In this document: one piece after another, positions 42,625-50,553 of the stretch
Layout: every line of letters begins with the position of its first letter
How positions within the stretch are numbered: position 1 is the first letter of the stretch
Assembly (NCBI GenBank): GCA_963746745.1
Contig: CAVVCL010000005.1
Span: 28,733-92,732 of the forward strand
DNA length: 64,000 nucleotides
DNA from: an uncultured Chloroflexia bacterium
Lineage (GTDB): Bacteria > Chloroflexota > Anaerolineae > Anaerolineales > Villigracilaceae
Reading direction: 5' to 3'
Notes under the pieces: model-generated
Told to the model about the DNA's origin: nothing
The model's database searches: none
What the model saw: only the letters and a program-made list of their open reading frames with translations
Made by a program: the position numbers and the translations under genes

Positions 42625-44358
42625 ATGGCAAGGCGCGGCCAGTTTTCGGGGAGCGGCGCCACGAGGAGGTGGAGTGTGAAATTGTGGGCGGGAGTACGGA
42701 AGTTCCTGTTCCCGGCGCCGGGCTCGCCGGTGTGGATGTTGGTCTTGCCGTACAGCGTGCTGGGGGTCCTGACGGTGTTGCTTTTGGTGGGTGGCGTTTC
42801 CGCTTGGGAGTACAGCAATTCGCCGAAATTCTGCGGGACAACCTGCCATACGATGCCGCCGGAGAACGCCGCCTATCAACTCTCGCCGCACGCCAATGTG
42901 ACTTGCGAGGAGTGCCATATCGGGCGGGCATCCATCGGGGACGAATTGGTGAGGAAGAGCCAGGGCATCAAAGAGACCTGGGACACAATCTTCCATCTCT
43001 ATACGCTGCCCATCCACGCGCAAGCCTTGCGGCCGGCGCGTGAGACGTGTGAGAAATGTCATCAGCCGGAGACGTTCTCAGCCGACAGCATGGAGCAAAT
43101 CGTGCAGTACGCGTCCGACCGGGACAACACGGCTACAACGACGTACCTGCTCTTGAAGACCGGCGGGGGTTCGAAACGCCAGGGGTTGGGCAAGGGCATC
43201 CACTGGCATATCGTCAATCAAGTGCAGTACTACGCGACGGACGACCTGAGCCAGAATATCCCATACGTGCGCGTGACGAACGATGACGGCTCAACGACGG
43301 AGTACGTGGATGTGCAGTCGGGGTTCGATCCCAACTCGATCCAGCCGGGTCAACTGAGGACCGTGGACTGCCTCACCTGCCACAACCGCGTGACGCACAA
43401 CTTCATGCCTCCCGAAGAGTCGGTGAACCTGGCCATGAGCCGCGGGCTTATTGATCCATCGATCCCCGACATCCATCTGAAGGCCGTGGAGGTGTTGAGC
43501 ACGAAGTACGACACGCGCGATCAAGCGGTGCGGGCCATCGACGGACTTGACCGGTACTACCAGAATTCGCTCTACAAGGGGCACGAGGACAAGATCCAGG
43601 CAGCGATCAAGACAATTCAGGGCATTTACGATCACACGGTCTTCCTGGATCAGAAGATCGATTGGACGACCTACCCGAACAACCTGGGCCACATCACTTC
43701 TCCGGGCTGCTTCCGCTGTCACGACGGCAAGCACCTGGATTCCAACCAGCAGGCCATACGCCTCGAGTGCAACCTATGCCACTCCATCCCGGTTGTGGCA
43801 GGCGCCCAAGACTTTGTCGCCAACATCGAGATCAGCCGGGGCCCCGAGCCTGAATCCCATCGGAACCCGAATTGGATCGGCCTCCACAACCAGTCGATCG
43901 ATAGTTCTTGCGTGGCCTGTCACACGATGGCAGACCCCGGCGGAACAAGCAATACGTCCTTCTGCTCAAACAGCGCCTGCCACGGGACAGTCTTGACGTA
44001 CGCTGGTTTTGATGCGCCCAAGCTGCGCGAGGTTCTGCAAGCGCAGGTGCCCACCCCGGCGCCGACGCCTGTCCCTCAGCCCGTGGTCGGGAATCCGACG
44101 TATGATGCCAACGTCGCGGCGGTCATCGGCCCGACATGCGGAGTCTGCCACAACCAGGATACGCTGGCCGGCGGCATGGACTTGACGACATACGCTGGAA
44201 TGATGAAAGGCGGCAAGGACGGCGCGGTGATTGTTCCAGGAGATTCGGCGAGCAGCCTCCTGGTTCAAATCCAGAGCTCACAGCACTTCGCAAATCTTTC
44301 GCGCGCTGACCTTGAGCTGGTGAAGCAATGGATTGACGCCGGGGCGCCTGAGAAATAG
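42625..44358 (+). CDS. NapC/NirT-like membrane-anchored multihaem cytochrome with a C-terminal PSCyt1-like domain
   Basis: ORF 42625..44358; GTG 42676 after AGGAGG is the more likely start. One N-terminal TM. Seven CxxCH motifs (CEECH, CEKCH, CLTCH, CFRCH, CNLCH, CVACH, CGVCH) plus CGTTCH (Cx3CH) and CSNSACH (Cx4CH). Confidence 0.85.
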   Translation: MARRGQFSGSGATRRWSVKLWAGVRKFLFPAPGSPVWMLVLPYSVLGVLTVLLLVGGVSAWEYSNSPKFCGTTCHTMPPENAAYQLSPHANVTCEECHIGRASIGDELVRKSQGIKETWDTIFHLYTLPIHAQALRPARETCEKCHQPETFSADSMEQIVQYASDRDNTATTTYLLLKTGGGSKRQGLGKGIHWHIVNQVQYYATDDLSQNIPYVRVTNDDGSTTEYVDVQSGFDPNSIQPGQLRTVDCLTCHNRVTHNFMPPEESVNLAMSRGLIDPSIPDIHLKAVEVLSTKYDTRDQAVRAIDGLDRYYQNSLYKGHEDKIQAAIKTIQGIYDHTVFLDQKIDWTTYPNNLGHITSPGCFRCHDGKHLDSNQQAIRLECNLCHSIPVVAGAQDFVANIEISRGPEPESHRNPNWIGLHNQSIDSSCVACHTMADPGGTSNTSFCSNSACHGTVLTYAGFDAPKLREVLQAQVPTPAPTPVPQPVVGNPTYDANVAAVIGPTCGVCHNQDTLAGGMDLTTYAGMMKGGKDGAVIVPGDSASSLLVQIQSSQHFANLSRADLELVKQWIDAGAPEK

Positions 44359-44416
44359 GTCTGCGGACCATCGTGTGGGGCCGGGGTAGGCCCCTGCCCC
44401 TACCCACGGAGCAAAT

Positions 44417-44446
44417 AGGCCGATCCTTATGGATCGGCCTGTTTTT
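44417..44446. terminator. Rho-independent terminator between convergent operons
   Basis: AGGCCGATCC-TTAT-GGATCGGCCT followed by GTTTTTG. Confidence 0.8.
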
Positions 44447-44471
44447 GTTAGGTTGATGCGGGGGTGGGTGG

Positions 44472-45740
44472 TTAGGCTGGGACCGTCTCCCGTATGTCGG
44501 CTTTGACGGTCTCGGCCTCCTCCACGACGAATCGATGGTTTACCACGTTCAGGTAGCGAACTCCGAGAGAGAAACCCAGAAGTCCATAGGCGATCACACC
44601 CATGCCCGTGACGATCTCTATCAAGGACGGGGTATAGGAGGCATACGCCACGGCTTGGCCGGGAAGGTACGGCATGACGACGAGCAGGCCGGAGAGATTG
44701 GTGTCCCATCGGTACGCTACCACGCCGATGACAACCAGTGCCAATGCCAGCATCCTCCAGAACCGGTTGCGCCGCGTGTATGGGGTTAGCAGCAAGACCA
44801 TCGGGACGAGAGAGCCCAGCAGCATCTCCAGTATCCAGAAGTTGAAAGAGAGCGGCCCGCCAGTAAACAAGGCGAAACCCTCCGTACGACCCGGGTCGTA
44901 CGTGTAGTGCTGAACAAAGGCATCCCAGAAGCGGAAGTAGAGATACCCGACGAGCGCCCAAGCCACAAAGCGGGAAAGGCGTTCCAGGAGGAAGTCGTTC
45001 ACTTTCGCCCTGGGTGTCAACCTGGCGGCAAGCATCGAAGCAAACAACGTAAGGGATATGCCTCCGATGATGGCGGAGAACATGAACAGGACGGTCATTT
45101 CGGGCTTGTACCAGATGGGCCGGGCCTTCAGGACGCCGTAGACGCCGCCTAGGGAGGACTGGTGCAGCATCGAAAGGCCCAGCCCGACGATGGCCAGGTA
45201 GGGCGCGTAATGATGCACGCTATTCATCTTCGCCGCCAAGGCAGGAAAGCGTTTCTTCAGCCAACTCAAGCTTGCAAAGATCGGCATGGACTCGAACACC
45301 AGTACCGTCAGGTACAGCATGACGCACATGGTGACTTCCCAGAGCAGCGAGTGGTCGTTCCAGTACACGAGAGCATGCCAGAATCGATCCGGACGGCCGA
45401 TGTCAAGAAGGAGCGAGAGCATGGCCATCGTGTAGCCGATCAGCCCGACGAACGTGGCCGTGCGGGCGACCGGCTGATAGCGCTTGAGCCCGATGAGGTA
45501 GACAGCCGCGCACAAGGTGAAGGCACCAGCGCTCAAGGCGATCGAAGAAAGGTCGATTGTGATCCACAAACCCCAGGGCACCAAGTCCGAGAGGTTGGTG
45601 ATCCACAGCCCCTTTGAGAAAACCAGGAAGCCGCCTGCCAGCGCCGCGAGGAGCACGAGGCCGAGACCAGCGAGCCAGAGCGTCCAGCGCGAAATTGTCG
45701 GCAGCGGCAACCGGATGCGTTTGAGATTACCGATCATCAT
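44472..45740 (-). CDS. NrfD/PsrC/HmcC-family polytopic quinone-interacting membrane subunit
   Basis: ORF 44472..45740. VPWGLWITIDLSSIALSAG, DIGRPDRFWHALVYWN and LLWEVTMCV are typical NrfD-family helices. The start overlaps the upstream stop (ATGA). Confidence 0.85.
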   Translation of the reverse strand: MMIGNLKRIRLPLPTISRWTLWLAGLGLVLLAALAGGFLVFSKGLWITNLSDLVPWGLWITIDLSSIALSAGAFTLCAAVYLIGLKRYQPVARTATFVGLIGYTMAMLSLLLDIGRPDRFWHALVYWNDHSLLWEVTMCVMLYLTVLVFESMPIFASLSWLKKRFPALAAKMNSVHHYAPYLAIVGLGLSMLHQSSLGGVYGVLKARPIWYKPEMTVLFMFSAIIGGISLTLFASMLAARLTPRAKVNDFLLERLSRFVAWALVGYLYFRFWDAFVQHYTYDPGRTEGFALFTGGPLSFNFWILEMLLGSLVPMVLLLTPYTRRNRFWRMLALALVVIGVVAYRWDTNLSGLLVVMPYLPGQAVAYASYTPSLIEIVTGMGVIAYGLLGFSLGVRYLNVVNHRFVVEEAETVKADIRETVPA

Positions 45741-46510
45741 GCCTCCATCTTCTGCGGATCGGCGGCGATGTAGTAGACACGCGGACCCGTCCCGAGATCC
45801 TCGCGCAGACGGTAGGTTACGTTGTCCTTGAGAAGCTTGCTGACCTGCGAGTCGGGGTTGTTCACATCACCGAAGACACGGGCGCCAGTGGGGCACACCA
45901 CGACGCACGCCGGTGTCGCGTCGGCGTCAACTCCGGGTTCGAGCCCGAGTGCCAGGCCACGATCTATCCGCTGGTAGCAGAATGAGCATTTTTCGACGAC
46001 GCCACGCGGTCGGCGCGCAACTTCCGGCTGCCCCCACTTGGGAACGGCCGGATTGGGGCCGTCGAAGGCTTGCCAGTTGAAGGATCTGGCCTGGTAGGGG
46101 CATGCCGCTTCGCAGTATCGACAGCCAATGCAACGGTCGTAGTCCATCATCACAATCCCGTCATCCCGGTAGTAGGATGCCTTGACCGGACAGACATCGA
46201 CGCAGGGGGCGTCCTCACAGTTCATGCAAGGCCGCGGGAGGAAGACGCTCTTTCCCGCAACCTCGCCGGCCGGTGTGACGCGATTCCACTCGATTTCAGG
46301 GTTGATGTCATTGTGCGCCTGGCACGCGAGGGTGCAGTAGCCACAGCCGAGGCACTTGGACTGGTCGATGACCATCGCCCACTGGCGCGGCCCTGTGTTT
46401 GAATTTTCAGAGGCCTCGGCGCCATGAAGCACCCGCGTGGCCGTGGCAGCAGTGGCACCCACGGCGGCGAGTTTGAGAAAGTCGCGTCGGCCAAGTCTCT
46501 TAGTCATCAT
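45737..46510 (-). CDS. Tat-exported 4Fe-4S ferredoxin-type subunit (NrfC/DmsB/HmcB-like)
   Basis: ORF 45737..46510. Twin-arginine signal GRRDFLKLAAVGATAA. Cys clusters CLGCGYCTLAC, CMNCEDAPCVDVCP, CIGCRYCEAACP, CSFC...CVVVCP. Confidence 0.88.
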   Translation of the reverse strand: MMTKRLGRRDFLKLAAVGATAATATRVLHGAEASENSNTGPRQWAMVIDQSKCLGCGYCTLACQAHNDINPEIEWNRVTPAGEVAGKSVFLPRPCMNCEDAPCVDVCPVKASYYRDDGIVMMDYDRCIGCRYCEAACPYQARSFNWQAFDGPNPAVPKWGQPEVARRPRGVVEKCSFCYQRIDRGLALGLEPGVDADATPACVVVCPTGARVFGDVNNPDSQVSKLLKDNVTYRLREDLGTGPRVYYIAADPQKMEA

Positions 46511-47477
46511 CGCCTCCGCGCTCGCGTTTTGCGAGTTTGCTGTACCACTTTTCGAGCCAGGGTGCCATCACCATACCCGCTGCCAGTCCGATCAGGGCCG
46601 CCAGGCCGGCGTACCCCAACGGGCTTACGGGGCTGGGATGGGGCGCAAGGCCAGCCTGTTGGATCTGCGCCGGCTGGGAAACAGTCATTGCGGCGGCCGG
46701 ATTGGTACCCACTGCGGACGCCGCGCTGTGCATCTGGTCGGAATGGCACGCATTGCAGCTGTCCAGATTGGCTTTGAAAGAATGGTCCGGAATCGCATGC
46801 GCATCGGGCGGGGTCGTCTCGCTGTGATTCACGTGGCAGTTGATGCAAGTGACGCCCTGCTGCTGATGAATCGTGTACGGGAAGTTCATGCTCACGTCTT
46901 TGTGGCAGGTGACGCACAACTGAGAGGCGTCGGTGTATTGGGCGCTTCCATCCCGGGGTGTTACCACCTTGAGGGAGGCACTGTGCGGGTCGTGGCAGGT
47001 GGTGCAGTTCATGCCGCGCTGGTAGTGGGTGCTTCCCTGCCAATCCTGCCAATCAAATCGTGTGTCGCTGTGACAACGGGCACACAGATCGGGGGACCGA
47101 TCGACCGGCATCGGCTCTTTGGGATGGCCGGCGACCATGGGGCCGTGGCAGGCTTCACACGCGACGCCGTCCTCCTGCCAGGTGCCGGTCGCTGGATCGT
47201 AGTTTGTGGCATGGCAGACAAGGCAGGCGCCCGGCTGTCCCTGGCTGTTCCAATCCTTAAGGAATGCCGGATCAGTGGCAGCCTGGCCATGCGCGCCGTC
47301 TTTCCATGCTGTCGCAAACTCCGTGTGGCAGGCGACACACGGCGGTGATTGCGGCGCCGGTTGGGTGGGGGCCACCGGGGTTGGATCTTGTGCCCGCGCG
47401 ACGAGAAGGGTGGCGCCCGCCGCCGCCACCGCAAACAAAGCTGCAATCAGGAGTTGTTTGAAACGTCGAAGCATCAT
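46500..47477 (-). CDS. Octahaem c-type cytochrome with C-terminal TM anchor
   Basis: ORF 46500..47477. Signal peptide. Eight CxxCH motifs: CVACH, CLVCH, CEACH, CARCH, CTTCH, CVTCH, CINCH, CNACH. C-terminal helix GYAGLAALIGLAAGMVMAPW. Overlaps the next gene by 8-11 nt. Confidence 0.9.
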   Translation of the reverse strand: MMLRRFKQLLIAALFAVAAAGATLLVARAQDPTPVAPTQPAPQSPPCVACHTEFATAWKDGAHGQAATDPAFLKDWNSQGQPGACLVCHATNYDPATGTWQEDGVACEACHGPMVAGHPKEPMPVDRSPDLCARCHSDTRFDWQDWQGSTHYQRGMNCTTCHDPHSASLKVVTPRDGSAQYTDASQLCVTCHKDVSMNFPYTIHQQQGVTCINCHVNHSETTPPDAHAIPDHSFKANLDSCNACHSDQMHSAASAVGTNPAAAMTVSQPAQIQQAGLAPHPSPVSPLGYAGLAALIGLAAGMVMAPWLEKWYSKLAKRERGGDDD

Positions 47478-47498
47478 TGCATCTCCTCTGGGGCCCGA

Positions 47499-47825
47499 CT
47501 AGGCTTGGGCCGGCAAAGGCGCCCGAAGCAGCACCGGGCAGCCTAGACATTTTTCGTTCAAGTAGCCGCTGGGGAGGCGAAGTGCCTGCCAGCAAGGCAG
47601 CGGCGACTTGTAGCCCAAACATGCTTTCCGCTGTGCCGGGGCACAGCCCTGGGTATTCCAGCACTGGGGCTTTTCGACTTTGAGCGGAATGCTATCCGCC
47701 TCCGTCTGCCAGTGGCGGTCGAGGCTGCGCAAGCCGGTTACTACAAGCACGGTGAGCAGAATCGGAACGGCCAAGCGGAGAGCCAGGCCAACGAGAACAG
47801 CGAGAGCCGCGGTTGAACTATTCAT
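47499..47825 (-). CDS. Small membrane protein with a Cys-rich domain containing two Cys-Trp motifs
   Basis: ORF 47499..47879; start set at ATG 47825 after AGGAGG. TM ALAVLVGLALRLAVPILLTVLVVTGL, then KPQCWNTQGCAPAQRKACLGYKSPLPCWQALRLPSGYLNEKCLGCPV. Confidence 0.55.
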   Translation of the reverse strand: MNSSTAALAVLVGLALRLAVPILLTVLVVTGLRSLDRHWQTEADSIPLKVEKPQCWNTQGCAPAQRKACLGYKSPLPCWQALRLPSGYLNEKCLGCPVLLRAPLPAQA

Positions 47826-47835
47826 GATGTGCCTC

Positions 47836-47955
47836 CTACCGGTAGTATCCGATCCGCTGGCGCCTTTGAATCCATTCACCGATCAGCAGCAGTACGCCGA
47901 CGGGCAAGACGAGCCGCACTAAAACCAAAGCGAACATGATCTCGAAGGTGTTCAT
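47836..47955 (-). CDS. Very small membrane protein (39 aa), first gene of the octahaem/NrfCD operon
   Basis: Tail of ORF 47836..48348. ATG 47955 follows GGAGAA. MNTFEIMFALVLVRLVLPVGVLLLIGEWIQRRQRIGYYR. It ends 8 nt before the next gene's SD. Confidence 0.4.
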   Translation of the reverse strand: MNTFEIMFALVLVRLVLPVGVLLLIGEWIQRRQRIGYYR

Positions 47956-48379
47956 TGCATTCTCCAGTTCCTGCCCCGCATCCAGTCTTGTAGGGGAGCG
48001 CTTGGGTCGCGGTAGGAACGCTTGAAGTGTACGCTCCGGCACCTGCGCCGTAAATTCGGCAGCGCCCCCAACTTTCAGGCGGGCCGGTGCTGTGCGCGCC
48101 CCCTGAGCGCGTACTGCTCTTGCCCCATGGCGCCGTTGCGCGGTGGGGTATTCGCCCCATAAATCAGAACCTCCCGCCGACTTGCTTGGCGGGAGGCATA
48201 GGCTTGGTGAGTGAATGTGAAGGGGGTTCTGGCGGCCCGCCCTGATTCTGAAAGGAGATTCTCGGGCACGGAAAATATGCCGAAAGGCTGCAAAGCGCGG
48301 CTGAAGGGCGCCTACCTGCCTGAGGGGGAGCCAGCCGAAAGTCCTCACGCAGCACAGGCTGGCGTGCCCAGCGCACTTG

Positions 48380-49024
48380 TCAGGGTTTGATGATCCCCTT
48401 GCGGATGGCGTATCTGACCAATTCCGACCTGGAGTGTAGATTCAATTTTCGCATGATGTTTTCGCGGTGACGGTCCACCGTTTTTGGGCTGATCACCAGC
48501 GACACGGCGATCTCCTCGGTACTGGTGCCTTCGGCGAGATACGTCAACACCTCGCGCTCCCGCTCTGTCAGGCCATCCAAAGTCGCCTTTTCCTCGGCGG
48601 GGTGATCCTGATTCAAGAAGTCAGTCACCAATAGCTTGGCCAGGGACGGGTACAAGTAGACCTCGCCCGAGAAGGCCGCTCTAATGGCCCTCAGCAACTC
48701 CTCAGGCGCAGCGCGCTTCGGTACGTATCCGGAAGCTCCGGCCTCCAACATCTTGAAGAAATATTCTTCATCCTCGTGGATGGTCAGCGCCACAACCGAG
48801 ATGCTTGGAAAGCGCTTCTTGATTGCCCGTGTGGCTTCTATTCCTGAGAGATCGGGTAACCCGATATCCATCAGGATTACATCGGGGCGCACGGTCCCGG
48901 CCGCCTCTATTGCCTCCGCAGCGGTCCCGGCTTCCCCGACGATATCAACATCGTCTTCTGAGCCCAGGAGCATCTTCAAGCCAGAGCGAACGACGGCGTG
49001 GTCGTCAACCAGCAGCAGGCGCAT
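48380..49024 (-). CDS. NarL/LuxR-family response regulator
   Basis: ORF 48380..49204; start set at ATG 49024 (MRLLLVDDHAVVRSG), overlapping the kinase 3' end. Phospho-acceptor ILMDIGLPD. HTH LTEREREVLTYLAEGTSTEEIAVSLVISPKTVDRHRENI. Confidence 0.9.
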   Translation of the reverse strand: MRLLLVDDHAVVRSGLKMLLGSEDDVDIVGEAGTAAEAIEAAGTVRPDVILMDIGLPDLSGIEATRAIKKRFPSISVVALTIHEDEEYFFKMLEAGASGYVPKRAAPEELLRAIRAAFSGEVYLYPSLAKLLVTDFLNQDHPAEEKATLDGLTEREREVLTYLAEGTSTEEIAVSLVISPKTVDRHRENIMRKLNLHSRSELVRYAIRKGIIKP

Positions 49025-50444
49025 TGTCACGGGGATCCTCGACTTCATCACGATAGGGCACAAAGGCTTCAATGACGGTGCCGTCACCGGGTGTTGATCG
49101 GACTGTGACTGCACCACCGAGAAGCGCGGCACGCTCCTGCATGCCGGCGAGCCCCAGCGGCGGCCGCACGGACGACTGGGTCCGGCGCAGCTTTTCCAAG
49201 TCAAAGCCGCATCCGTCGTCGCGTATCACCAGGTGCACGCCTTTCTCGGCAAAGTCAAGCCCGATGCTGGCCTTGTGAGCGTCGGCATGCCTGATTACAT
49301 TATTGAGGGCTTCCTGGATGATGCGAAATGTTGCTATCTTCGCCGCGTCGCCAATGGGCTGCTCTTTCCCCTCGATATCCACAACGACTTTCAGTTGAGA
49401 CCGTTCTTCGATCCTGGACGCATACCAGCGCAGGGCTGCAGGCAACCCCAGGTCATCCAGGTGCGAGGGGCGCAAGTCGGCCATGAGGCGCTGAAGCTCT
49501 TTGAGGGAGTCAGCGGTCAAGGCCTGCAGTTCATGCAAGGTCGATGCAGCTTGTTCCGGGTCCCGTATTAATCGGCCCTCCAAGCCCCGCAGGCCCAGGC
49601 CAATCGCGGTGAGCGCCTGCCCGGTTTCGTCGTGCAAGTCGCGCGCCATGCGCTGACGTTCAGATTCCTGGGCAGCGACAACGCGGCGAAAGAGTTCGCC
49701 GCGCAGGGCCTCACGTTGCTGCGATTCTCTCAGCCGTTCACTCTGCAAGTCTGAGATCCTCTGTTCAGTCTCGACCTGGAACGCCCGCAGGAAGCGGATG
49801 ACGTAAACGGAGGCCGCGGCGGCCACCACGGCACGCAGGAACTGTACTGGAAAGCCAAATAGGCGCAGGAATAGGCCTTCATTGATGAAGTTAGACGGCG
49901 GCAGCGAGCTGGCGCGGGTGAAGCCCTGTCCCACGATGCCGTACCAGGCGAATGCAACGGCCGCCCACAAGGCATCCTGCCCGAAGCGCACGAGGCCCGC
50001 CTGCCGGAAGGCACGCTGCTGGGCAATCAAGCCGACGGAGGCGAGTATGCTGGCCGGAATAGCGAGAGAGTAGCGCGTCCACACATCCGTGGCGCCGTAG
50101 AGCGACGCCGGCGGAATGCTCGACTTGAGACTCATGAGGCCAAATACCCAAAGCGCCTCCAGTCCTAGCGGAATCATCAAGCTGACGCGTTGCGCGATTT
50201 CGTCCTTTGCCAGGAGGAATCCGCCGAACGCCGCCAGGGAAAGGAATGAGAACGCCAGGGTGGAAAGTCTGAGAATCTGCAGCCAGGATGCAACAGGGTG
50301 CCCGCTCCCCAGGCTGACAAACGTGTACATTTCGATCCACTCGTGCGCGGCATGCACGAGCCCAAAGCCTGCCAGCGGCCGCAAGGCCTTGCGGACGCGC
50401 TGGTCCGAGGACCGTCCCCCCTCGACCGCGACCAAGAGGCCCAT
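49005..50444 (-). CDS. Sensor histidine kinase (HisKA_3/NarX-LiaS class) with a polytopic N-terminal sensor
   Basis: ORF 49005..50444. H-box RMARDLHDETGQALTAI. ATPase boxes EALNNVIRHA, DDGCGFD, GLAGMQERA. Five to six N-terminal TM helices. The frame stays open a further 60 nt upstream with no ATG/GTG/TTG (see findings). Confidence 0.88.
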   Translation of the reverse strand: MGLLVAVEGGRSSDQRVRKALRPLAGFGLVHAAHEWIEMYTFVSLGSGHPVASWLQILRLSTLAFSFLSLAAFGGFLLAKDEIAQRVSLMIPLGLEALWVFGLMSLKSSIPPASLYGATDVWTRYSLAIPASILASVGLIAQQRAFRQAGLVRFGQDALWAAVAFAWYGIVGQGFTRASSLPPSNFINEGLFLRLFGFPVQFLRAVVAAAASVYVIRFLRAFQVETEQRISDLQSERLRESQQREALRGELFRRVVAAQESERQRMARDLHDETGQALTAIGLGLRGLEGRLIRDPEQAASTLHELQALTADSLKELQRLMADLRPSHLDDLGLPAALRWYASRIEERSQLKVVVDIEGKEQPIGDAAKIATFRIIQEALNNVIRHADAHKASIGLDFAEKGVHLVIRDDGCGFDLEKLRRTQSSVRPPLGLAGMQERAALLGGAVTVRSTPGDGTVIEAFVPYRDEVEDPRDNAPAAG

Positions 50445-50553
50445 GCTGAAGAAGGCAAGGCCGTAGAAGAAATAGACGGTCGCCGTGCTGAGGGTTTGCA
50501 GCGCCTATCCTTTCGCCTTGCCCCGCGGGGCGTAGGCCCCCCGTTTCAGTACG

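Noticed and set aside
43322-43331. GGTTCGATCC, resembling a tRNA T-arm/T-loop
   Set aside because: It lies inside the NapC-like cytochrome coding frame (SGFDPNS), and no acceptor or anticodon stems can be drawn around it.
44472-47477. Alternative Complex III (ActABCDEF) as the identity of the cytochrome/Fe-S/NrfD module
   Set aside because: Only one NrfD-like gene is present (ACIII has ActC and ActF). The Fe-S subunit is small (257 aa) and lacks the molybdopterin-like domain of ActB. The cytochrome has eight rather than five haem motifs, and there is no ActD or ActE. An Hmc/Nrf/Cbc-type description fits better.
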